Under the pieces are notes generated by a model. It made no database searches, had not been told where the DNA came from, and saw nothing but the letters and a program-made list of their open reading frames with translations. A stretch of 16,000 bases of DNA from Nitrospirillum viridazoti. GTDB taxonomy: Bacteria > Pseudomonadota > Alphaproteobacteria > Azospirillales > Azospirillaceae. Each line of letters opens with the position of its first letter. Within the stretch, counting starts at the first letter, position 1. Positions 1-6,721 of the stretch are shown in pieces. The position numbers and the translations under genes are program-made. The stretch lies in assembly GCF_007827975.1 (NCBI RefSeq), contig NZ_VITT01000003.1. One strand, written 5' to 3'.

Positions 1-1287
1 GTCGGCAGCAACATCGACATCTTCCATAAAAACCCGGCGCACCAGCGGGGCATGCTGGCCAAGCTGGCCAAGCCCCACGCGGCCACCATCAAGGTGGCCA
101 GCCACCAGTTCGACCTGCTGGTCACGCCGCTGAACGACGGCGGCCGGCGCATCGGCTTCGTGGTCGAATGGGCGGACGCCAAGGAGCGGCTGGAAAACCT
201 GGATTACGCCGGGCAGATTGCCGCCATCCGGCGATCGCAGGCGGTCATCGAATTCACCACCGACGGCATCATCACCAAGGCCAACGACAATTTCCTGACG
301 GTCATGGAGTATCGACTGGACGAGGTCGTGGGCAAGCACCATCAGATGTTCGTCGACCGCGACTACGGCGCCACAGCGGAGTACCGCCAGTTCTGGGAAT
401 CGCTGAAACGCGGCGAGTTCAAGGCCGCGCAGTTCAAGCGCGTCTCCAAGTCCGGCAAGGCCGTCTGGATCGAGGGCGCCTACAACCCGATCTTCGATGA
501 AAAGGGCCAGGTGACCAAGGTCGTGAAATTCGCCGTGGACGTGACGGCCCAGGTCAACCTCCTGAACAACCTGAAGGTCCTGATCGACCAGAACTTCGGC
601 GAGATCGAACGCGCGCTGGAAAAGTCGACGCATGAGACCTCGTCGGCCGGGGCGGCGGCGGGCACCACGGCCAACAGCGTGCAGATGGTGGCGGCCAGCG
701 CCGAGGAACTGGCGGCCTCCATCGCGGAGATTTCGCAGAGCATGTCGCGCGCCCGCACGGCCACCGACAGTGCCTTCGACCGCACCATCCAAGTGGGTGA
801 AAGCACCGACCGGCTGGCGGCGGCGGCCCAGGCCATGAACGGTATCGTCGGGCTGATCAACAACATCGCCGGCCAGATCAACCTGCTGGCCCTGAACGCC
901 ACCATCGAGGCGGCCCGCGCCGGTGAGGCGGGCAAGGGCTTCGCCGTCGTGGCCAGCGAGGTCAAGAACCTGGCCAACCAGTCGGCCAAGGCGACCGAGC
1001 AGATTTCGGGTGAAATCGAGGGGATACAGTCCACCTCCGCCGAGGTGGCCGGAGCCCTGAACGCCATCCGCGACGCCGTTTCCATCGTGCGTGAGCATGT
1101 GTCCGGGACAGCCGCCGCCGTGGAGGAGCAGAGCGCCGTCACCCGCAGCATGTCCACCAACATGCACAGCGCTTCCAGCGCCGTCTCCACGGTGACGACC
1201 AACGTCACGGCCATTTCCGCCGCCATCAGCCAGGTCGCCGCCGCCGTGGACAAAACCAAGGAGGCTGCCCAGGTGCTCGTGCGCTGA
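1..1287 (+). CDS. Methyl-accepting chemotaxis protein, soluble PAS-domain type (5' end lies upstream of the window)
   Basis: Frame 1 is open from base 1 ([19 protein letters not shown]...), so the listed ATG at 52 is internal. A PAS-like segment ([36 protein letters not shown]...[14 protein letters not shown]) is followed by the highly conserved MCP signalling hairpin ([34 protein letters not shown]). No hydrophobic TM segment or HAMP is visible in the part present. Stop TGA at 1285-1287. Confidence 0.9.
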   Translation, partial: VGSNIDIFHKNPAHQRGMLAKLAKPHAATIKVASHQFDLLVTPLNDGGRRIGFVVEWADAKERLENLDYAGQIAAIRRSQAVIEFTTDGIITKANDNFLTVMEYRLDEVVGKHHQMFVDRDYGATAEYRQFWESLKRGEFKAAQFKRVSKSGKAVWIEGAYNPIFDEKGQVTKVVKFAVDVTAQVNLLNNLKVLIDQNFGEIERALEKSTHETSSAGAAAGTTANSVQMVAASAEELAASIAEISQSMSRARTATDSAFDRTIQVGESTDRLAAAAQAMNGIVGLINNIAGQINLLALNATIEAARAGEAGKGFAVVASEVKNLANQSAKATEQISGEIEGIQSTSAEVAGALNAIRDAVSIVREHVSGTAAAVEEQSAVTRSMSTNMHSASSAVSTVTTNVTAISAAISQVAAAVDKTKEAAQVLVR

Positions 1288-1314
1288 CGACAGGGTTGGA
1301 GTCTGGATGCCGGT

Positions 1315-1339
1315 GGCGCGGCCTTGAGGTGGCCGCGCC
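1315..1339. terminator. GC-rich stem-loop between convergent MCP and solute-binding-protein genes
   Basis: GGCGCGGCC (1315-1323) pairs perfectly with GGCCGCGCC (1331-1339) around a 7-nt loop. An alternative overlapping stem is GAGGTGG/CCACCTC. There is no clear U-tract on either strand, so function as an intrinsic terminator is uncertain. Confidence 0.4.
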
Positions 1340-1349
1340 CTTGACCACC

Positions 1350-2690
1350 TCAGTGCCCGCCCGGCTGAACCATCCCTGTCGCCGCGGTTCTGGCGCGTTC
1401 CAGCTCCGCCAGCGCCGCGTCGATGTCGTGTGGCGGGGCCATGAAGCGGCGGAAGACGCCGCCGGCGACCGCGGTCAGCGGCGTGGTGGCGTCGCGGTCG
1501 AAGTAGGCGGCGAAGCCAGCCGCATCCTCCAGCACCTGCCGCCCCGCATCCTCGAAGAAGGTGCCGGCGTCCGCCGGTGCGGGGCCCATGTCGCCCTGCC
1601 CATCGCGCAGCGGTGACACCATGGCGAGATCGGTGTTGAAGCGGTCCAGTTCCGCCGTCTCCGCCAGGAAGCGCACGAAGTGCTGAACCTCGGGCCGCGC
1701 GGCCGCCCGGGGCGCCACCACCAGCACGTCCTGCGGCACGTCCTCATAGCGGGGCATGCCGGGGGTCAGCGTGGGGAAGGGGAAGAAGCCCACATCGTCG
1801 CGCACCAGGGGGGAGAAGTGCATGGCGGCGAACCCGCCCAGCAACAGCATGCCGACCTGCTGGTGATAGAAGTAGGGCAGGGTCTCACGCCAACTGTCCC
1901 CGGGCTGGGGCGCGTGGAAGTAACCCCGGTCCAGCAGCAGCTGCCACCGCGCCATCACCGCGCGCGCGGCCGGGTCGGTGAAGGGGATGTGGCCCGCCAG
2001 CAGGCGGCGATGGAAGTCCAGCCCGTTCAGGCGCAGGTCCAGGTAGTCGAACCAGGCGAACAGCGGCCAGTTTTCCTGCGCGCCATAGGCGAAGGGGGTG
2101 ACCCCCGCGGCCTTCAGGCGCGCCGCCACGGCCAGCAACTCCTCCCAGGTGCGGGGCGGCGCCAGGTTCAGGCGCCGGAACAGGGATTTGCGGTAAAAGA
2201 AGCCCCAGGGGTAGGTCGACAGGGGCACGGCCACGACCTTGGCGCCCACGGTGACGGCGTCGACCGCCGGCGGGTTGAACCGGTCGCGCACCAGCCGGGC
2301 CAGATCCGGGGGCAGGGGCGCCACCACCCGCTGGGCATAGCCGTCACGCAGCGCCTTGCCCGAATCCCAGAACGCGACATCCGGGGCGTCGGGCCCGCCG
2401 GCTTTGGCGCCGGCCCGCTGCCAGTAGAGGTCCATGGGCACTTCGCGATGCGTGATCTGGATGTCCGGGTTGGCGGCGGCGAAGTGGTCCAGCAGGGCGG
2501 CCCAGGCGGTGTGCTTGTCCCGGCTGCCCACCATCATGTCTATGGTCAGGTGGCCGGCCCGCGCCGGGCATGCCAGGCAAAGGACCAGGACCAGACAGAG
2601 AAGAAGGCCCGCGGCGCCGTCCGGCCCCCGGCCCTGCCGGCGCGTGACCGCTACCATCCAACGGCCCCCGCCCCGCCTGTCCTGTGCCAT
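1350..2690 (-). CDS. ABC-transporter-type extracellular solute-binding protein (family 1, sugar/polyamine-like), orphan
   Basis: 446-aa ORF with strong GC3 bias. N-terminal signal peptide (GLLLCLVLVLCLACPARAG). Length and composition are typical of family-1 periplasmic binding proteins (WPLFAWFDYLDLRLNG, ...FAAYFDRDATTP). The alternative start ATG at 2657 (MVAVTRRQ) is equally plausible. No permease or ATPase genes adjoin it. Confidence 0.8.
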   Translation of the reverse strand: MAQDRRGGGRWMVAVTRRQGRGPDGAAGLLLCLVLVLCLACPARAGHLTIDMMVGSRDKHTAWAALLDHFAAANPDIQITHREVPMDLYWQRAGAKAGGPDAPDVAFWDSGKALRDGYAQRVVAPLPPDLARLVRDRFNPPAVDAVTVGAKVVAVPLSTYPWGFFYRKSLFRRLNLAPPRTWEELLAVAARLKAAGVTPFAYGAQENWPLFAWFDYLDLRLNGLDFHRRLLAGHIPFTDPAARAVMARWQLLLDRGYFHAPQPGDSWRETLPYFYHQQVGMLLLGGFAAMHFSPLVRDDVGFFPFPTLTPGMPRYEDVPQDVLVVAPRAAARPEVQHFVRFLAETAELDRFNTDLAMVSPLRDGQGDMGPAPADAGTFFEDAGRQVLEDAAGFAAYFDRDATTPLTAVAGGVFRRFMAPPHDIDAALAELERARTAATGMVQPGGH

Positions 2691-2717
2691 GTCGATATCA
2701 TGCTGGATAACCTTGGA

Positions 2718-2760
2718 CAGGGGGACTTTGGGCAGGGGACTTTCGTCAGGGGAACTCTTT
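2718..2760. repeat. Three tandem direct repeats CAGGGG(G)A(A)CT(C)TT, period 14-15 bp, in the divergent SBP/VWA intergenic region
   Basis: Read directly: CAGGGGGACTTTG (2718-2730), CAGGGGACTTTCGT (2733-2746), CAGGGGAACTCTTT (2747-2760). They lie 28-70 bp from the 2690 ATG of the minus-strand SBP gene. Confidence 0.6.
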
Positions 2761-2908
2761 GACGGCGAACTGGGACCGGAGCGCGAGGCCGGGGAAGGGA
2801 TGCTACCTATACGGTACGGGCACCGCCAATCCTACATGGAAATCCGGGTGGAATGTGTCCGCCCGGCGGCCCTGGCCCCCAGGCCCGGCGTCGCGTAGAC
2901 TGGCCCCC

Positions 2909-4102
2909 ATGTTCAGCACCTTCTTCTTCCAGCTGCGCCAGGCCCGCATTCCCGTGACCCTGCGGGAGTATCTGGCCTTGATGGAGGCCATGTCCGCGCA
3001 TGTCGCGGGCTACAGCGTGGAGGACTTCTACCACCTGTCCCGCACCATCCTGGTGAAGGATGAGCGCAACCTGGACCGCTTCGACGTCGTCTTCGGCCAA
3101 GTCTTCAAGGGACTGGAGGGGGCGGCGGGCGGAGAGGGCGGCGATGTCGCCGCGCGCGACCTGCCCGAGGAATGGCTGCGCAAGCTGGCCGAGCGGCACC
3201 TGACGGAGGAGGAGAAGGCGCAAATCCAGGCCCTGGGCGGTTGGGAAAAGCTGATGGAGACATTGGCCCAGCGCCTGAAGGAGCAGCACGGCCGCCACCA
3301 GGGCGGGTCCAAGTGGATCGGCACGGCCGGCACCTCGCCCTTTGGCGCCTATGGCTACAATCCCGAGGGCGTGCGCATCGGGCAGGAGGGCAGCCGCCAC
3401 CGCCGCGCCGTCAAGGTCTGGGACCGGCGCGAGTTCCGCAACCTGGACGACACGGTGGAACTGGGCACCCGCAACATCAAGGTGGCGCTGCGCCGCCTGC
3501 GCAAGTTCGCCCGCACCGGGGCGGCCGAGGTGCTGGACCTACCCGACACCATCCGCGCCACGGCGGCCAACGCCGGCCATCTGGACCTGAAGCTGCGCCC
3601 CGAACGGCACAACGCGGTCAAGGTGCTGCTGTTCCTGGACGTGGGCGGTTCCATGGACGACCACATCCGCCTGTGCGAGGAGCTGTTCTCCGCCGCCAAG
3701 GGCGAGTTCAAGCACCTGGAGTATTTCTACTTCCACAACTGCGTCTATGAGGGCGTGTGGAAGGACAACCGCCGCCGCCGGACGGAGCAGATGTCGACCT
3801 TCGACGTGCTGCACACCTACCCGGCGGACTACAAGCTCATCTTCGTGGGCGACGCCAGCATGAGCCCCTATGAGATCACCCACGCCGGCGGGGCGGTGGA
3901 GCACTGGAACCAGGAGGCGGGCCAGGTGTGGCTGCGGCGTCTGCTGGACGTCTACCGCCGCGCCATCTGGCTGAACCCGGTCAGTGAAGGCTATTGGCCT
4001 TACACCGCCAGCATCGGCGTGATTAAAAATTTGATGGAAGGCCGCATGTATCCCTTGACCCTGCAGGGGCTGGAGGCGGGCATGCGGGAACTTAGCCATT
4101 GA
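2909..4102 (+). CDS. VWA domain-containing protein, CoxE-like
   Basis: The N-terminus MFSTFFFQLRQARIPVTLREYLALMEAM...DFYHLSRTILVKDERNLDRFDVVF is the characteristic CoxE-type VWA N-terminal signature. The VWA core has a MIDAS-like LLFLDVGGSMDD. I place the start at ATG 2909 rather than the ORF-track ATG 2759, because the 50 upstream residues are Pro/Arg/Trp-rich and look non-coding. Confidence 0.85.
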   Translation: MFSTFFFQLRQARIPVTLREYLALMEAMSAHVAGYSVEDFYHLSRTILVKDERNLDRFDVVFGQVFKGLEGAAGGEGGDVAARDLPEEWLRKLAERHLTEEEKAQIQALGGWEKLMETLAQRLKEQHGRHQGGSKWIGTAGTSPFGAYGYNPEGVRIGQEGSRHRRAVKVWDRREFRNLDDTVELGTRNIKVALRRLRKFARTGAAEVLDLPDTIRATAANAGHLDLKLRPERHNAVKVLLFLDVGGSMDDHIRLCEELFSAAKGEFKHLEYFYFHNCVYEGVWKDNRRRRTEQMSTFDVLHTYPADYKLIFVGDASMSPYEITHAGGAVEHWNQEAGQVWLRRLLDVYRRAIWLNPVSEGYWPYTASIGVIKNLMEGRMYPLTLQGLEAGMRELSH

Positions 4103-4202
4103 TTTATTAACGTTTCTTGGCACCCACCCACGCAAGTGCAGGGGGGCAGGGACGCCCAAAGCACAGTTGCCGCGCCGGGCATCCCGGCATAGTGTCCGCG
4201 CG

Positions 4203-4221
4203 GGCTCAAAAATTTTGAGCC
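4203..4221. promoter_or_regulatory. Perfect AT-rich palindrome GGCTCAAAA-A-TTTTGAGCC upstream of the first IDH gene (candidate operator)
   Basis: 9-bp perfect inverted arms around a single central base, checked base by base. It is strikingly AT-rich for this genome. It lies about 107 bp upstream of ATG 4328. The binding factor is unknown. Confidence 0.4.
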
Positions 4222-4240
4222 GGACGCGGGCGGCCTTCCC

Positions 4241-4276
4241 AGACCGCGCCCCCAAACCGCGCCCCAAACCGCGCCA
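4241..4276. repeat. 12-bp tandem repeat x3 (AGACCGCGCCCC / CAAACCGCGCCC / CAAACCGCGCCA)
   Basis: Read directly from the sequence. It sits between the palindrome and the IDH start codon. Confidence 0.6.
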
Positions 4277-4327
4277 TGTCCCCCGATGGTTGGGGAAAGG
4301 CGCTTAGTGCCAAGGATGAAAGAGAAA

Positions 4328-5779
4328 ATGAATTCTCCGACCAAGATCACGATCGCCCGGGGCGACGGTATCGGCCCCGAGATCATGGACGCCACGCTTG
4401 AGGTGCTGGCCGCCAGCGGCGCCAACCTTGAGTATGAGGAAATCCAGATCGGCGAGAGCGTCTATCGCCGGGGCATCATGAACGGCATGGAACCCAGCGC
4501 CTGGGACAGCCTGCGCCGCACCAAGGTGTTCCTGAAGGCTCCCATCACCACCCCGCAAGGCGGCGGCTACAAGTCGCTGAACGTGACCATCCGTGGCGCC
4601 CTGGGCCTGTACGCCAACATCCGCCCCTGCGTCTCCTACTCCCCCTTCGTCGCCACCAAGCACCCGTCCATGGACGTGGTCATCGTGCGCGAGAACGAGG
4701 AAGACCTGTACGCCGGCATCGAATACCGCCAGACGCAGGACGTGACCCAGGCGGTGAAGCTGATCTCCCGCCCCGGGTCGGAGAAGATCATCCGCTACGC
4801 CTTCGAATACGCGCGGGCCAACCATCGCCGCAAGGTGACGGCCTTCGTGAAGGACAACATCATGAAGATCTCCGATGGCCTGTTCCATCGGGTCTTCGAC
4901 GAGATCGCCGCCGAGTACCCGGACATCGAGGCGGAGAGCATGATCGTCGACATCGGCGCCGCCCGCCTGGCGGACACGCCGGAACACTTCGACGTCATCG
5001 TCACCCTGAACCTGTACGGCGACATCATCTCTGACATCGCCGCGCAGATCACCGGCTCGGTCGGCCTGGCCGGCTCCTCCAACATCGGTGACCAGTGCGC
5101 CATGTTCGAGGCCATCCACGGCTCCGCCCCCACCATCGCCGGCAAGGGCATCGCCAACCCGTCGGGCCTGCTGCTGGCCTCGGTCATGATGCTGGTCCAC
5201 ATCGGCCAGTCGGAAGCGGCCGAGCGTATCCATAACGCCTGGCTGAAGATGATCGAAGACGGCATCCACACCGTCGACATCTTCAAGCGTGGCGTCAGCA
5301 AGGCCCGCATCGGCACCCGCGATTTCGCCGCCAACTTGGTCGACCGCCTGGGCGAGCGCCCGGCCACCCTGGTGCCCGCCAGCTATCCGGCCGGCGTCGC
5401 CAGCAGCTTCAGCGGCATCGCCCTGAAGGGCGCCCCGGCCCAGACCAAGAAGCTGGTGGGCGTGGACGTGTTCCTGGAGCGCAAGGGCGGCACCGGTGAC
5501 GATATGGCCGCGCTGTTCCAACCTTTGATCCCCGCCGGCCTCAAGCTGGTGATGGTGTCCAACCGCGGCCAGAAGGTGTGGCCGGACGGCGCGCCGGAAA
5601 CCTTCTGCACCGACCATTGGCGCTGCCGCGTCATGGCCGACGGCGCCGATGAGCTGAAGCACGGCCAGGTGGCCGAGCTGCTGGCCCGTGTGGCCAAGGA
5701 AGGCCTGGACTTCGTCCAGAGCTCCAACCTCTACACCTTCGACGGCGCCAACGGCTTCTCTGCCGCCGCCGGTCAGTAA
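4328..5779 (+). CDS. Isocitrate dehydrogenase, prokaryotic homodimeric IDH/IPMDH-superfamily type, long (~483 aa) form with C-terminal extension; cofactor preference uncertain
   Basis: KITIARGDGIGPEIMDATLEVL, NVTIRGALGLYANIRPC, VIVRENEEDLYAGIEY, NLYGDIISDIAAQITGSVGLAGSSNIG and HGSAPTIAGKGIANP are hallmark beta-decarboxylating dehydrogenase motifs. About 130 residues follow the catalytic core. Start taken at ATG 4328 (MNSPTKI; AAGGA lies 11 nt upstream). ATG 4316 and 4286 are alternatives. Confidence 0.9.
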   Translation: MNSPTKITIARGDGIGPEIMDATLEVLAASGANLEYEEIQIGESVYRRGIMNGMEPSAWDSLRRTKVFLKAPITTPQGGGYKSLNVTIRGALGLYANIRPCVSYSPFVATKHPSMDVVIVRENEEDLYAGIEYRQTQDVTQAVKLISRPGSEKIIRYAFEYARANHRRKVTAFVKDNIMKISDGLFHRVFDEIAAEYPDIEAESMIVDIGAARLADTPEHFDVIVTLNLYGDIISDIAAQITGSVGLAGSSNIGDQCAMFEAIHGSAPTIAGKGIANPSGLLLASVMMLVHIGQSEAAERIHNAWLKMIEDGIHTVDIFKRGVSKARIGTRDFAANLVDRLGERPATLVPASYPAGVASSFSGIALKGAPAQTKKLVGVDVFLERKGGTGDDMAALFQPLIPAGLKLVMVSNRGQKVWPDGAPETFCTDHWRCRVMADGADELKHGQVAELLARVAKEGLDFVQSSNLYTFDGANGFSAAAGQ

Positions 5780-5796
5780 GGGGCGCATCAGGAGGC

Positions 5797-5830
5797 GGGC
5801 ATGGGAGCGATCCCATGCCCGTCGCCATTT
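5797..5830 (+). terminator. Rho-independent terminator of the long-form IDH gene
   Basis: GGGCATGGGA (5797-5806) pairs with TCCCATGCCC (5811-5820) around a GCGA loop. It is followed by GTCGCCATTTT. Confidence 0.7.
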
Positions 5831-5849
5831 TAGGGGCGCCCGTTCCCTC

Positions 5850-5864
5850 TTAACTCCCCTTTAA
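5850..5864. promoter_or_regulatory. Consensus CtrA-type box TTAA-N7-TTAA
   Basis: TTAACTCCCCTTTAA, an exact match to the full CtrA recognition pattern, about 330-345 bp upstream of gcrA. The second half-site sits in the loop of a small hairpin, TCCCCT/AGGGGA. I saw no second full box in the other intergenic regions. Confidence 0.45.
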
Positions 5865-5970
5865 TAGGGGATGAACGAGAGTGGCCCCGCTAGGAATAGT
5901 GGCTGTGCCTGGGATATACCCACTAAGGAGAGGGGCGGTGGGTTTCCCTAGGCTGCCTGCGGATCTTGGG

Positions 5971-6010
5971 TGTGGATTCTGTATCCACGGTCCAAAAACG
6001 AGTCGGAATC
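5971..6010. promoter_or_regulatory. Inverted pair of DnaA-box-like motifs plus a cluster of three GANTC (CcrM-type) sites upstream of gcrA
   Basis: TGTGGATTC (5971-5979; reverse complement GAATCCACA) and GTATCCACG (5981-5989) each match TTATCCACA at 7/9 positions and form GTGGAT-N5-ATCCAC. GANTC sites are GATTC 5975-5979, GAGTC 6000-6004 and GAATC 6006-6010. Confidence 0.4.
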
Positions 6011-6193
6011 ACCTGTTCAGGCTTTGGCAAGTTTGGTAGTGTCACACGCATCTCGATACCAAATCTTGTTGGTGGGAATTTCCCGGTATCGACTGCTGGA
6101 GCGGGACGCTCGGCGGTGACGGCATGTTTTTGCGCGCCCGCCGATCTCGGGGGCTAAGGAGCGAGGGCTTCGATGGAAGAAGAAAAAGCGTCG

Positions 6194-6553
6194 ATGAGTT
6201 GGACTGACGAGCGTATCGAGCGCCTGCGCCAGCTGTGGGGCCAGGGCATGAGCGCCAGCGAGATCGCCGACCTGCTGGGCAACGTGACCCGCAACGCGGT
6301 GATCGGCAAGGCGCACCGGCTGGGCCTGTCGGGCCGGCCGTCGCCCATCAAGAAGAAGCCCACGCGCGGTGCCACCATCCTGTCGCTGAACGAGCGCATG
6401 TGCAAATGGCCGGTGGGCGATCCCAAGCACGCCGATTTCCATTTCTGCGGCTGCCCCTCGCTGCCCGGCATGCCCTACTGCCGTGAGCACGCGCAGATGG
6501 CCTACCAGCCCGCCAAGAAGCGGGATGACGAACGCAAGTTGGTCATGGCCTGA
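6194..6553 (+). CDS. gcrA: GcrA family cell-cycle transcriptional regulator
   Basis: MSWTDERIERLRQLWGQGMSASEIADLLGNVTRNAVIGKAHRLGLSGR is the conserved GcrA N-terminal DNA-binding domain. The C-terminal CKWPVGDP...FHFCG...PYCREHAQMAYQP is the conserved GcrA C-terminus. The in-frame ATG at 6173 (MEEEKAS...) has a better SD (GAGGG, 5-nt spacing) and may be the true start. The linker is shorter than in Caulobacter GcrA. Confidence 0.92.
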   Translation: MSWTDERIERLRQLWGQGMSASEIADLLGNVTRNAVIGKAHRLGLSGRPSPIKKKPTRGATILSLNERMCKWPVGDPKHADFHFCGCPSLPGMPYCREHAQMAYQPAKKRDDERKLVMA

Positions 6554-6586
6554 GGCCGCGGTCAGCGGACCTGAGAGTTAAGCGAA

Positions 6587-6617
6587 CCCCCGCCGGCGAC
6601 GGCGGGGGTTTGTTTTT
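6587..6617 (+). terminator. Rho-independent terminator of gcrA
   Basis: CCCCCGCCG (6587-6595) pairs with CGGCGGGGG (6600-6608) around a GCGA loop. It is followed by TTTGTTTTT. Confidence 0.85.
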
Positions 6618-6620
6618 GGG

Positions 6621-6662
6621 GCGAGAGCCAGCTGCGTAAAACCAGACGCAGTCGGCTCTCGC
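6621..6662. repeat. Long imperfect stem-loop (17-nt arms) without U-tract
   Basis: GCGAGAGCCAGCTGCGT (6621-6637) pairs with ACGCAGTCGGCTCTCGC (6646-6662) as 9+6 bp, with an internal 2-nt mismatch/wobble and an 8-nt A-rich loop. Confidence 0.5.
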
Positions 6663-6686
6663 TGAGTCTGTCCGCAAGCAGCTTCA

Positions 6687-6714
6687 CGCCCAAAGGTGAT
6701 TCCACCTTTGGGCG
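6687..6714. repeat. Perfect 12-bp stem-loop immediately 3' of the minus-strand orphan ORF
   Basis: CGCCCAAAGGTG (6687-6698) pairs with CACCTTTGGGCG (6703-6714). Four bases (ATTC) remain unpaired as the loop, and together with the closing G they spell a GANTC site (GATTC 6698-6702). No U-tract on either strand. Confidence 0.5.
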
Positions 6715-6721
6715 ATCTGCT

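Noticed and set aside
2759-2908. 50-codon N-terminal extension of the VWA ORF (MTANWDRSARPGKG...).
   Set aside because: The composition (W/R/P-rich) and lack of GC3 bias look non-coding. The conserved CoxE-type N-terminus starts exactly at the internal ATG 2909.
4118-4134. Sigma-54-like TGGCAC just after the VWA stop.
   Set aside because: The -12 element is missing. With N5 spacing the TTGC position reads CACG, and a GC dinucleotide appears only with a 1-nt-too-long spacing.
4304-5788. Very long antisense or off-frame ORFs: 4304-5788(-), 7123-8562(+), 12591-13982(-), 10917-12047(-), 1680-2762(+), 13205-14770(+), 14716-15537(-) and 15317-15949(-).
   Set aside because: Each lies opposite or out of frame with a gene that has clear family motifs. 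Their translations are Arg/Gly/Ala/Pro/His-rich and low in complexity, as expected for stop-codon-poor frames in GC-rich DNA. No motifs recognised.
5966-6157. 63-aa ORF in the gcrA upstream region.
   Set aside because: It starts on TTG, has no SD, poor codon bias and no motif. The region is better explained as regulatory DNA.
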